A stretch of 64,000 bases of DNA from Candidatus Fraserbacteria bacterium (GTDB taxonomy: Bacteria > Bipolaricaulota > Bipolaricaulia > RBG-16-55-9 > DRXL01). The position numbers were made by a program, and so were the translations under genes. Positions 1 through 9,042 of this stretch are shown piece by piece. Location of the stretch: positions 64,001 to 128,000 of the forward strand of contig CAMTVK010000001.1 in the NCBI GenBank assembly GCA_947085185.1, written 5' to 3'. The first letter of the stretch is position 1; every line of letters begins with the position of its first letter. Under the pieces are notes generated by a model, which was given only the letters and a program-made list of their open reading frames with translations, did not search any database and was not told the origin of the DNA.

Positions 1-266
1 TAGTACGTGGTGTCAATCGGCCAGGATTTTGGCTCTGCGTAATTGATCTCGCCCGCGCTCCCCTTGCGGCCCACAACGATTGTCCGTTCCTCTAGCAGAT
101 ACTCGTGGGCACGATCTACGAGGCCATTCGAGCCATACACCCCGTAAGGGCCGGGCTTTCGCTTTTGCTCGGGGAATGACTTCCCATACTCCAAGGCAAG
201 GACGTCGCCCAGTGTGACCGCCGACCACCTTCTGATCGGCTCGGGCTGCTCCCTCTTGCGATTCAT
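1..266 (-). CDS. hsdS: Type I restriction-modification specificity subunit, 5' part (runs off window start)
   Basis: Manual translation from ATG at 266 (GGAGG RBS upstream): MNRKREQPEPIRRWSAVTLGDVLALEYGKSFPEQKRKPGPYGVYGSNGLVD...TIVVGRKGSAGEINYAEPKSWPIDTTY, a typical HsdS target-recognition domain. Lies downstream of hsdR/hsdM. Not in the ORF track because it is truncated. Confidence 0.88.
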   Translation of the reverse strand, partial: MNRKREQPEPIRRWSAVTLGDVLALEYGKSFPEQKRKPGPYGVYGSNGLVDRAHEYLLEERTIVVGRKGSAGEINYAEPKSWPIDTTY

Positions 267-387
267 CGCCCGGCCTCCCATCCAAGGACGTTCTTGGCTT
301 GATCGAGAAACCGCAGCGTCTCTGCCGCCTTCAGGTACCTCGCCACGCCGTCCTCGCGGGTATCTTTTGAAACGATGCATACTTCTA

Positions 388-705
388 TTATCGCTCGCCA
401 CATGGCGGACTATATTCGCGACGGATTTCCTGCTCGATCGCGGAGCGCCCAGGTTGCTGCAGGTTTGGCGTGTATAAGACGGCCACGTAGAGCGTTACTC
501 CGCAATTGCGCTGCCAGCAGTCCTTGCGGTCGTGGGTCTCCACCCGGGCTTTCACCTGCGCCGATTCCCCAACGTCTATAACTCGGTAGCAGTTCTGCTG
601 CGTGGGACACAGAACCACGTAAACACCGGAGCGGTCTTCCAGCCTCCAGGTTTCGGTCAAGGCGTAGGGGCCTTCGAAAGTCCATCTGCCAATTGTGATG
701 CTCAT
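388..705 (-). CDS. Small stand-alone GIY-YIG-superfamily nuclease-like protein
   Basis: 105 aa with SGVYVVL...VIDVGES...KARVETH...AIEQEI pattern; start overlaps the hsdM stop (ATGA). Confidence 0.65.
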   Translation of the reverse strand: MSITIGRWTFEGPYALTETWRLEDRSGVYVVLCPTQQNCYRVIDVGESAQVKARVETHDRKDCWQRNCGVTLYVAVLYTPNLQQPGRSAIEQEIRREYSPPCGER

Positions 706-2351
706 GGTTCACCCCCGATTGCGTTTGTTGATGATACCTCTGCCAAGTTACTTCCTGATACCATCGCCAAAAGCTGGCGCAGGTCTTCGGTAATCTCCTC
801 CTCCAGCTCCAGCAGGCGATTGATGAGCACCTCTGGCTTTTCGTGTTCGACCGCCTCGGCCTGGTGCGGGCAGTAGCGGCCAGCGGTGAGGTTGTAGTCC
901 GTCTTGCGGATATCCTCGATAGTCGCCCACCAGGACTTTTCGCTCTCGAAGTCCTTCAGGCGGTCGGACTTCAGAATCGCCCGTACGCCGCCATCTTTTT
1001 CGTGCCGCCAGGTATACGGCCAACGCTCGACCATGTCTTGCAGGTCCCCGTCCGTGTCGAAGTCCGGCAGTGGCCTGCGAGTTAGTCCCAAATCGCGGCC
1101 GTCACTGTCCACCCGGTAGAACCAGACCTTGGAGGTGCGAACGTCGTCTTTCCCAAGGGGCTTGCGGAAGACGACGACGCTGGTCTTCGCACCGCTATAG
1201 GGGTTGAAGACTCCCCTCGGCAGGCTGATAACACCCAGCACCTCGAACTGCTCCACGAGCTTGCGGCAGATGTTCCGCAGCATCTTCTTCGAGTCGAAGA
1301 GGAGACCCTCCTTGAGCACCACGGCCGCGCGTCCACCGGGCTTGAGTGCGTTCATCATGTGCTGGATGAAGAGCGCCTCGTAGAGCTTGATGTGGTAGTC
1401 GAACTGGGCGAGCCGCTCCTGCTTGGTCGGCCCGAAGGGTGGATTGGCCAGGATCACGTCGTACTTGTTCTTGTGGAGGTCCTGCGCCTTGTTCGAGAGG
1501 CTATCGTCGTTCTGAAGCTGGCTGGAACCGTCTTTGTGCAGGATCATGTTCATTAGGGCCAGCTTGAATACCATGGGGACGTGCTCGACCCCGATGAGAT
1601 GCTTCTCCTTGAGGGCGCGCAGCAGACGCTCCTTCTCCGTCGCGCGGATTTTCTTGCGGTTGATCTTTTCTTTGACCCACTCGAAGGCGCGAACGATGAA
1701 GCCACCCGTGCCACAGGCCGGGTCATAGATCGTTTCGCCGATCTCCGGGTCAATGATCTGGACCATGCGATCCACGACATGGCGGGGCGTGAAGTACTCG
1801 GCGAACTCCGGGTTCTGGCCGAACTGTTGGAGCAGGTATTCGTAGGCGCGGCCGAAGATGTCGTACCGCTCGCCGCTTTCCGTGACGCCGCGCATCATGA
1901 TCTCGCGCAGATTGAGTTCTTTCAACTTCGAGACCAGTGCGCGGATGGTCGTGGTGTACCGGAGGCGGAAAACGGTGCCACTAAAAAGCCGCCGTACGTC
2001 AAAGGTGATGTCGTTGCCGGTCTTATCAACGACTTTGCGGGTGGCAAGGTCGTCGAACATGCGACGGCAGAAATCGACGCTGTCCTCGAAGCCGTTATTC
2101 TTCGCGTACCCGTCCGGGTCGTTGGCCCAGTTGTGGAAGCGGTATATGTTCGGGATAGCGAGCTCCTCGTCGGTCAGTTGGCGGTTCCGTCCTTCCTCTT
2201 GCTCGAGCGTCATCTCGTCCCAGAGCTTGAGGAATAGAAAGAGGCTGAAAGTCTCGAGCCGCTCGATGGCATGAAGTGCATCATCACGAAAGACGTTCGC
2301 GATTTCCCAGAGTTCTTCACCGAACTGATTGAAATCGGGTGTGTTACTCAC
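702..2351 (-). CDS. hsdM: Type I R-M N6-adenine methyltransferase
   Basis: EYFTPRH, YDPACGTGGF (motif I), ANPPFG (motif IV), C-terminal YNLTAGRY; overlaps hsdR end. Confidence 0.92.
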   Translation of the reverse strand: MSNTPDFNQFGEELWEIANVFRDDALHAIERLETFSLFLFLKLWDEMTLEQEEGRNRQLTDEELAIPNIYRFHNWANDPDGYAKNNGFEDSVDFCRRMFDDLATRKVVDKTGNDITFDVRRLFSGTVFRLRYTTTIRALVSKLKELNLREIMMRGVTESGERYDIFGRAYEYLLQQFGQNPEFAEYFTPRHVVDRMVQIIDPEIGETIYDPACGTGGFIVRAFEWVKEKINRKKIRATEKERLLRALKEKHLIGVEHVPMVFKLALMNMILHKDGSSQLQNDDSLSNKAQDLHKNKYDVILANPPFGPTKQERLAQFDYHIKLYEALFIQHMMNALKPGGRAAVVLKEGLLFDSKKMLRNICRKLVEQFEVLGVISLPRGVFNPYSGAKTSVVVFRKPLGKDDVRTSKVWFYRVDSDGRDLGLTRRPLPDFDTDGDLQDMVERWPYTWRHEKDGGVRAILKSDRLKDFESEKSWWATIEDIRKTDYNLTAGRYCPHQAEAVEHEKPEVLINRLLELEEEITEDLRQLLAMVSGSNLAEVSSTNAIGGEP

Positions 2352-4668
2352 GGCTCACCTCCTCTATGGGCGTCCCTGTCTCCAGGGCCAAGGCTTCGTC
2401 CGCCAAGCTGAGAAGCTTGTCCAGCCCGCCGAACAGGGCCTTGATGCGCGGAAGCCCGCCCGCCTGGTCAAGCAGATGGCTTCTCAGGACTTGCTCGGGT
2501 GTGATATCGGGGTTCGCGCGCTTAAAGTCGCAAACCATGAGAACCATCTCCCGCTGCTCGCGGTTGAGGCTCTTTCCCAGCGCCCACTTCTCAAACTCCC
2601 TCCTTCGGTGGAGCGTCTCGAAGTCGGCCTCACCCATGGCTACGGCGATGAAGTCCTCGAGCGTCGCCTCAGGCTCGCCATAGAGATCCCGAAGGCTGGA
2701 GAGGTCGAACCCCATAGTGGCCAAGAAAGAGTGGTCGGGAGGCGTTGGTCCCTTGAAGTACCGCCAGCAGAGGATGGTTTGCGCGAACCGCTGTTTCAAA
2801 CCCTCGCGCTCCATGCCTCCCTTGAGCTGGGTCTCGACCTGCCGGCGGAGTTCCTCCAGGACGGCCGGGGAGATGGTCTCCGAAAAGACCAGGTGAACAG
2901 GTACGTCGGCAATCACCATTCGCTGCTCGCTGCCGCCTTCTTGACCGCCGGGGCCGCCACCTGCAGCGCCTTCACCGGCGTCGCCACGCTCGCGCTGGAT
3001 GATCTCCTCCTCTTCCTGCTCGACCGGCTCGTCCACGACGCCCGGGGTGTCGTTCGTGATGGCGGGCTCAAGCCTCGTGATATCCACGAAGTCGACCAGC
3101 TTGTAAAACTCCTTGCCGGTGTCCCGGCACTTCCGAGTGCCCCGTCCCTTCATCTGCACATAGAGCACCTTGGATTTCGTCGGCCGGGCCATCAGCAGGA
3201 CTTCCACGTCCGGCGCATCGATTCCAGTATCCAGCATTCCGACACCCACAAGGACAATGGGGCGGGGTGCCATATTAGGGTCCTTGTGCGCCTGATCGAT
3301 GATGGCCTTGCGCTCTTCTGGCCCGGTGACCTTTTGGAATTCCTCAATCAGGCCGCTCGCGCCCGGCATCTCGTTGTGGACCGCAACGATGAACTTCTCC
3401 GCCGACGCGTCGTTGGGTGGGAGGTTGTTCAGCTCGTTGTACTTCTCGATCAGCGCATAGCGTAGGTTCTTCGCGTGGGCGATGGAGGCCGCGAAAACGA
3501 TGGTTTTCACCGGCTGGCGAGTGCCGAGGATCTCAAAGTACTTCTCGGCGATGAGCTGATTGCGCTGCGGGACGTCCACGGCGCGGCCGAGCTGTTCGGG
3601 CTCGAAGTCGAATCCCATATCATGGACGCCTTCGAGGTCCACATTCGTGTGGAACTTGAAGTGAATGCACGAAGCGAGTCGCTCCCACTCCGGAACCTCG
3701 GGATTTGTCTCCCCCTGGCGGATGGTGTATCGATAAATGGGTCCGCGGTATTGCCCCGGATCGGTAAAGAAGCGATCCGTGTTGACGGTCTCCTTGTCGG
3801 AGGGGGTCGCAGTCAACCCCAGGAGAATCGCGCCTCCCTTGGCAAAATGGTCGAGCACGCCGTACCAGTCGCCGAAGTATGACCGGTGACACTCGTCCAG
3901 AATGACGAGATTGAAATGGTCAGGGGCGTAGGTGAGGTACTTGCTGCGGACTGCCATGTGCTGGATGGTGGTCACGAGTATGTCGCGGTGCTTGTCTTCT
4001 TTTCCGCCGGTTGCTCGTTCGATGTTGAAGTTATCACCGAGGTGCGTCTTGAACTTCCTCACCGTCTGGATTGCCAGGGCGTCACGATCCACGAGGAACA
4101 GCGTCCGCCTAATCAGGCCGACCGACCAGAGCTTGGCGATCACGCCCGCGGCCGTAATCGTCTTGCCGGTGCCGGTCGCCATCTGGAGATACATCCGGCG
4201 GCGCCCGGCCTGGACCGCGCCGAGCACCTGAGACACCGCCACCCGCTGGTAGTCCCGGAGGGTGCCATGCAACTCCACCGCTTGCGGCCTGAAGAACTCG
4301 CCGAATTCTGCGGGTGTTGGGAACTGCTGGATGCGCTCCGGCAGCGTGTTGGCCTTGAGGTTCTGGCGAAGATAGATCTTCCCATCGCTCGCGAAGAGGA
4401 GGGGGATGTCGTGTCCGGTGTTCCGCTTATAGGCCCTGGCGTAACCCTTGGCTTGATCGAGCGCAGCCCAGAGGTCCTTCCCAGGCTTCTTCGCTTCGAG
4501 GATGGCCACGATACGACCATCGTGAAAGAAGACGCGGTCGGCTTCTTCCCCGTCCAGGTGTTCGCGCCAGCGCTTGCGGGTGACCGTAAAGTCCGTGACG
4601 TCCCAGCCACGCTCTCGAAGGTGGGCTTCGATCAGAAGCTCGGCTTCGTCCTCGTTGATCGGTTTCAT
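2344..4668 (-). CDS. hsdR: Type I restriction enzyme R subunit (nuclease + SF2 helicase)
   Basis: ADRV...ILEAKK nuclease motif, ATGTGKT Walker [26 protein letters not shown]. Confidence 0.9.
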   Translation of the reverse strand: MKPINEDEAELLIEAHLRERGWDVTDFTVTRKRWREHLDGEEADRVFFHDGRIVAILEAKKPGKDLWAALDQAKGYARAYKRNTGHDIPLLFASDGKIYLRQNLKANTLPERIQQFPTPAEFGEFFRPQAVELHGTLRDYQRVAVSQVLGAVQAGRRRMYLQMATGTGKTITAAGVIAKLWSVGLIRRTLFLVDRDALAIQTVRKFKTHLGDNFNIERATGGKEDKHRDILVTTIQHMAVRSKYLTYAPDHFNLVILDECHRSYFGDWYGVLDHFAKGGAILLGLTATPSDKETVNTDRFFTDPGQYRGPIYRYTIRQGETNPEVPEWERLASCIHFKFHTNVDLEGVHDMGFDFEPEQLGRAVDVPQRNQLIAEKYFEILGTRQPVKTIVFAASIAHAKNLRYALIEKYNELNNLPPNDASAEKFIVAVHNEMPGASGLIEEFQKVTGPEERKAIIDQAHKDPNMAPRPIVLVGVGMLDTGIDAPDVEVLLMARPTKSKVLYVQMKGRGTRKCRDTGKEFYKLVDFVDITRLEPAITNDTPGVVDEPVEQEEEEIIQRERGDAGEGAAGGGPGGQEGGSEQRMVIADVPVHLVFSETISPAVLEELRRQVETQLKGGMEREGLKQRFAQTILCWRYFKGPTPPDHSFLATMGFDLSSLRDLYGEPEATLEDFIAVAMGEADFETLHRRREFEKWALGKSLNREQREMVLMVCDFKRANPDITPEQVLRSHLLDQAGGLPRIKALFGGLDKLLSLADEALALETGTPIEEVSRE

Positions 4669-4945
4669 CGTGCACTCCCTAGGAAACTTGTTTCACGGAT
4701 TCCCCGGACAGGCGCTACGTGCCGCACCCGGCCAGGGGTCGCATTACGCAACCTTTCCGAAAGTCTTGGGCCATGGGATCTCGGGGACCGCGTCGCTGGC
4801 GTCGTCGGGCAAGGCCCTGCGGCAGAGCGGATAGCCTTCGAGCGTCTCGCGTAAGCGTTGCTTGGAGCCCTCAAAGGGGCGCCTCCTGCCGTAGCACTCT
4901 TGCAGAAGCCGGGCACGTCCCGGTATTCGCCCGCGTCCTTGTCGC

Positions 4946-4982
4946 CGCCTGCCTGCCGCGCTCCGCTTGGCGCAGGCAGGCG
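4946..4982. repeat. Palindromic element CGCCTGCCTGC-N15-GCAGGCAGGCG, in frame within hsdM
   Basis: 11-bp perfect inverted repeat (4946-4956 / 4972-4982); reads [11 protein letters not shown] between AWR and GDKDAGEY. Confidence 0.75.
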
Positions 4983-5107
4983 CCAGGCGTGGTAGGTGTC
5001 GGCGATCTTGCGAATGTCCTCGTCGGTGAGCTCGCGGTGGGTGCGGTCCACCATCTGCCCCATCTTGCGCGCGTCGATGAAGAGGACCTGGCCGCGGCGG
5101 TCGCGGT

Positions 5108-5148
5108 CCTCACCCCCAGCCCCTCTCCCTCTGGGAGAGGGGAGAGAG
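5108..5148. repeat. REP-like palindrome CCTCACCCCCAGCCCCTCTCCCTCTGGGAGAGGGG, in frame within hsdM
   Basis: 10-bp stem CCCCTCTCCC/GGGAGAGGGG (5120-5129 / 5133-5142) with 3-nt loop; translates as [13 protein letters not shown]. Confidence 0.75.
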
Positions 5149-6313
5149 CGTTTGTCCCGCGCGAGGAACCACAGGCAGGCGGGGATCTGGGTGGAGTAAA
5201 AGAGCTTGTCCGGTAGGGCCACCATGCAGTCCACCAGGTCGGCCTCGATGATGTTCTTGCGGATCTCGCCCTCGCCCGACTGACCCGAGGACATGGAGCC
5301 GCCCTCGAGCACGAAGCCGGCGAGGCCCGTGGGCACCAGGTGGCGGATCATGTGCTGGACCCAGGCGAAGTTGGCGTTGCCGGCGGGCGGCACGCCGAAC
5401 TTCCAGCGCTTGTCCTCCCGCAGGTGTTCCCCGCCCCAGTTCTTCATGTTGAAGGGCGGATTAGCCAGGATGTAGTCGGCCTTGAGGTCTGGAAAGCAGT
5501 CGTTGAGGAACGAGTCGCCCTGCTCGATCCGCCCGTCGATCCCACGGATAGCCAGGTTCATCTTCGCCAGGCGCCAGGTGGTGTAGAACGGCTCCAGCAT
5601 CTCCACGAGCAGCTTGACCACGCAGCGCGGGGTGTAGAACTCACCGCCCTTTTTGCCCTCGGCGCTCGCAAATTGCCCGAGGAAGTACTCGTACACCCGA
5701 CCCAGGATGTCGCGGGCGTGGTTGTCGCCACCTGCCAGGTGGATGTTGGAGACAAGGTCGATGAGCTGGCCGAGTCGTTGCTTGTCGAGCGCAGGGCGGG
5801 CGTAGTCCTTGGGGAGGACGCCCTTGAGGGAAGGGTTGTCCCGCTCGATGGCGGCCATGGCGTTGTCCACGAGCTCGCCGATGTGAGGCTGTCGGGCGTT
5901 CTTCTTGAGGTGCTCCCAGCGAGCCTCGGGCGGGACCCAGAAGATGTTCTCCGCCCGGTACTCGTCGGGATCCTCGGGGTCGGCTCCTTGGTCTCGTTCG
6001 GCTTCCAGTTTGATACGGTGGGCTTCAAAAGCATCGGAAATGTACTTAAGAAAGATTAGCCCCAAGACGACATGCTTGTACTCAGCCGCGTCCATGGACC
6101 CCCGTAAGGCGTTGGCAGCAGCCCAAAGCTGAACCTCAAAACCGAGGTTGGCAGAGGATGCATTGCCCCGTATTGGTTTTGTCCCCTTATTGGCCATATT
6201 ATGCCCTCTCCTTCGCTCGCTATATTATAAAAGCGAGCCTCATAAAAACAAAAGAGGGGGAGTCCAAAGATAAAAAATCCGCAGCGCTCGCAAGAGAAGC
6301 ACTTCTGGGAAGC

Positions 6314-6388
6314 TGGCTCCTCGGGCAGGATTCGAACCTGCGACCCACCGGTTAACAGCCGGTTGCTCTACCGCTGAGCTACCGAGGA
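6314..6388 (-). tRNA. tRNA-Asn(GTT)
   Basis: TCCTCGGTAGCTCAGCGGTAGAGCAACCGGCTGTTAACCGGTGGGTCGCAGGTTCGAATCCTGCCCGAGGAGCCA; cloverleaf, encoded CCA, upstream TTGACC...TGcTATAAT promoter. Confidence 0.97.
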
Positions 6389-6468
6389 ATTTCGTATTAT
6401 TATAGCATAGGAGGCCGGGCCAGGTCAACCCCGCGAGTTGACTCATTGAAACTGTTACCGAACGGGGG

Positions 6469-8280
6469 TCAAAACGTTGGTCCCCCGTCCTCCCCAAGAT
6501 AATACTCCTCAAAGCTCGTATACGCGCGATGGAAGAGCAGTGTGAACGTTCCTGTGGGGCCGTTGCGCTGTTTCCCAATGATGATCTCGGTCTCGTGTAC
6601 CAAGCGGGAGGGGGGCTGGTCCTCAGGCTCTTCGGGGGGCTCTTCGCTGCTTGCGTCTTCACGGTATAAGAAGAGCACGACATCAGCGGTCTGTTCGATC
6701 TCGCCGGAATTGTGCACTACAATACCGTTGGCCACAAAATTGTGCACGTCTTCTACGGCCAGATCCCAGACCGGCTCTTCACCCCCAGGCGTGATCGATA
6801 CGATTCTCTCCCATAGAAGGTCGCTTCGCGGTTCCCCAGGTAGTGTGACGGATCGCATTGTCGCAATCACATCCCCTGGAACCAAATCCCGCAAAGGACG
6901 CCATCCTTCTGCGGTCAAGAATGGATGCGCCGCAGTCGCGCGGATCTCACGCCCTGTCTGCACGCGCACTCTGTATACATGATTGACGCCCTTGGGGATG
7001 ACGTCGAGAACACGTGCTGGGCGCAGACGTTGCTCATGATCGAGTGCGATCACAGTCATCCCTGGACGGACGTTTCGGACTTCTAACAAATCGCCGGTCT
7101 TCCCATCAATCACGTGGGTGTCACCGGTCACGCATTCGCGCAAGTCGGACAATCTCGGCCTGCGCGGTGGGCGCTCTGGAGCGCGCGATAGCTGCGACAA
7201 TGCCACCACAGGGATATTCAGCTCCCGTGCCAGGCCCTTCAGCGACCGCGCAATGTACGCAACTTCTTGCTCACGCACGTCGCTGCGCCCCCCACCCTCG
7301 ACCAACTGCAAATAGTCCACAAAGAGCACATCCAGCCCGTGCTCGGATTTCATGCGCCGCGCCTTGGCTTTCAGCTCCAGCACAGAGATACTGGGCGTGT
7401 CGTCAATGATGATCTTGCTGCCCTGAAGCTTGTTCGCCGCGCTAATAATGCGGCGCCACGACTGCGAATCCGTCTGCAGATGCCCCCCACGCAACCGATG
7501 TAAGTTAATATGCGCCTCGGCGCACAGTAATCTCTCTAACACTTGCTCTTTGGTCATCTCTAAGCTGAAAAAACCCACGCACTTGCCGAAGCGCAACGCC
7601 ATGTTCCGTCCAAGAGAGAGCGCCAGCGACGTCTTCCCCATGCTCGGACGAGCAGCGATCACGATTAAGTCCGAGGGCTGCAACCCCGCGGTCATCTCGT
7701 CGAACTTGCGATAGCCTGTGGGCAAGCCGGTCACCGTGTGCTTGTGGGGATCGCGCTGGAGTTGCTCTAAGTGCTCCAAGTGCTCATGCAAGAAGTCTCG
7801 GATGAGATGGTAGTCCCTGGTGAGCTGGAAGCGCGAGATCGAGAAGATCTTCTCTTCGGCGGCATCGAGCACGCTTTCCAGATCGGACTCCTCTTGCAAC
7901 CCCAGCTCAGCGATCTGGTGGCCCGCGGCGATGAGCGCTCGCAGGATCGCTTTTTTCTTAATAATCTCGGCGTAGTAGGGGACGCTCGCCGTTGTGGTTA
8001 CCTTGGCCACCAGCTCGCTCAGATACGCCCGACCTCCCACAACCTCGAGCTTCTTGAGCTCGTCCAAACGGTTCCCCACCGTGATCAGATCGGCGGGCTT
8101 GCCACGTTCAAAGAGCTCCAGAATCACCCGATAGATAATCTGATGGGCTGTCCAATAGAAGTCTTCAGGCTGGAGGCTCTGCAAGAGCTGGGGGATGGCG
8201 CTCTCGGGCTCGAGCATCGCCGCGCCGAGCACGACTTGTTCGGCCTCGCGGTTCTTCGGTAACGTACCCCCAGATGGCAC
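6469..8280 (-). CDS. dnaB: Replicative DNA helicase DnaB containing an intein (likely start GTG ~8280)
   Basis: EAEQVVLG N-terminus, AARPSMGKT, FSLEM, VDYLQL, ALSQLSR, LSDLRE|SGEIEQTAD, KQRNGPTG. Confidence 0.96.
   Translation of the reverse strand: MPSGGTLPKNREAEQVVLGAAMLEPESAIPQLLQSLQPEDFYWTAHQIIYRVILELFERGKPADLITVGNRLDELKKLEVVGGRAYLSELVAKVTTTASVPYYAEIIKKKAILRALIAAGHQIAELGLQEESDLESVLDAAEEKIFSISRFQLTRDYHLIRDFLHEHLEHLEQLQRDPHKHTVTGLPTGYRKFDEMTAGLQPSDLIVIAARPSMGKTSLALSLGRNMALRFGKCVGFFSLEMTKEQVLERLLCAEAHINLHRLRGGHLQTDSQSWRRIISAANKLQGSKIIIDDTPSISVLELKAKARRMKSEHGLDVLFVDYLQLVEGGGRSDVREQEVAYIARSLKGLARELNIPVVALSQLSRAPERPPRRPRLSDLRECVTGDTHVIDGKTGDLLEVRNVRPGMTVIALDHEQRLRPARVLDVIPKGVNHVYRVRVQTGREIRATAAHPFLTAEGWRPLRDLVPGDVIATMRSVTLPGEPRSDLLWERIVSITPGGEEPVWDLAVEDVHNFVANGIVVHNSGEIEQTADVVLFLYREDASSEEPPEEPEDQPPSRLVHETEIIIGKQRNGPTGTFTLLFHRAYTSFEEYYLGEDGGPTF
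6709..7134 (-). mobile_element. DnaB mini-intein, 142 aa, no homing endonuclease
   Basis: Starts CVTGDT after LRE, block B ATAAHPF, ends VHNFVANGIVVHN followed by Ser. Confidence 0.95.
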
Positions 8281-8343
8281 AGAAGACTCACCACAACGAT
8301 TATAGCACGCATGTCCCTGCCGCACCACGTACGAGCTCGTGCG

Positions 8344-8913
8344 CTACAGCCCTAGCTGGGGGGCGATCTCTTGCATGGCTTTGATCACAAATGCTATATG
8401 CTCATCGAGAGGGACGCCAAGCTCGCGCGCCCCCTGCTCGATCTCGTCGCGATTGACCCCGCGCGCGAACGCCTTGTCCTTCCATTTCTTCTTGACGGCC
8501 GCGACGTCCACTTCGGCCAAGCTCTTGTGAGGGCGCACAAGCGCAGTGGCCACGATCAAGCCGGTCAGCTCATCACACGCGAAGAGCGCCTTGGCCATCA
8601 AGGACGTACGAGGGACGCCCGTGTATGTCGCGTGCCCCAGGATCGCTTGGCAGATCTCTTCTGGGACGCCACGCTCACGCAGAACTTGCACCCCCGTAGA
8701 TGGGTGCCCTTGGGTGGGGTGATGCTCTGCATTGGGGTACTTTTCGTAGTCGAAGTCGTGGAGCAGGCCGGCCAAGCCCCAGCTCTCTTGGTCTTCGTTG
8801 AACTTGCTCGCGTAGGCGCGCATCGCCGCCTCCACCGCGAGCATATGCTTGATCAGATTCGGATTCTTTGTGTACTCTTGTACGAGTGCGAGCGCTTCCA
8901 AACGCGTCATCAT
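8344..8913 (-). CDS. HD/HDIG-domain metal-dependent phosphohydrolase
   Basis: KHMLAVE...GLLHDFDYE...AILGH...CDELTG; AAAGGAG RBS. Confidence 0.85.
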   Translation of the reverse strand: MMTRLEALALVQEYTKNPNLIKHMLAVEAAMRAYASKFNEDQESWGLAGLLHDFDYEKYPNAEHHPTQGHPSTGVQVLRERGVPEEICQAILGHATYTGVPRTSLMAKALFACDELTGLIVATALVRPHKSLAEVDVAAVKKKWKDKAFARGVNRDEIEQGARELGVPLDEHIAFVIKAMQEIAPQLGL

Positions 8914-8946
8914 CAGCTGTGCACGCTCCTTTGTAACGTTTTGTTC

Positions 8947-9025
8947 AGTATACAGCCCCGCGTCTCAGATGGTCAAGGGTATGGCAGAGCGCCTCTTTGA
9001 CAGAACAGAGCTGATCTGCTAGAGT
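8947..9025. promoter_or_regulatory. Divergent sigma70-type promoters
   Basis: + strand TTGACA(8997)-17-TAGAGT(9020) with TG extension; - strand TTGACC(8976)-18-TATACT(8952). Confidence 0.7.
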
Positions 9026-9042
9026 CGTTTGGGTGATCGAGT

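Larger units (their letters stand above)
4890..6197 (-). pseudogene. hsdM: Degenerate second hsdM (motif I deleted, 3' truncated)
   Basis: Canonical N-terminus ([29 protein letters not shown]) and NPPFN present, but LEPF joins directly to [10 protein letters not shown] with no DPxxGSG segment. Homology ends at GFCKSAT (~4890). Confidence 0.85.

Noticed and set aside
13..285. 90-aa minus-strand ORF
   Set aside because: Out-of-frame shadow of the partial hsdS starting at 266.
2329..4854. Long plus-strand ORFs (378, 135, 322 aa)
   Set aside because: Antisense shadows of hsdR typical of GC-rich coding DNA; no motifs.
4665..6197. 510-aa ORF as an intact methyltransferase
   Set aside because: Motif I is missing and the last ~75 aa are non-homologous read-through; treated as a pseudogene.
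6240..6683. 147-aa ORF (also 13601-14110)
   Set aside because: Spurious translations through tRNA genes (SSAVEQ..., MGERLNGIQEVRGS...).
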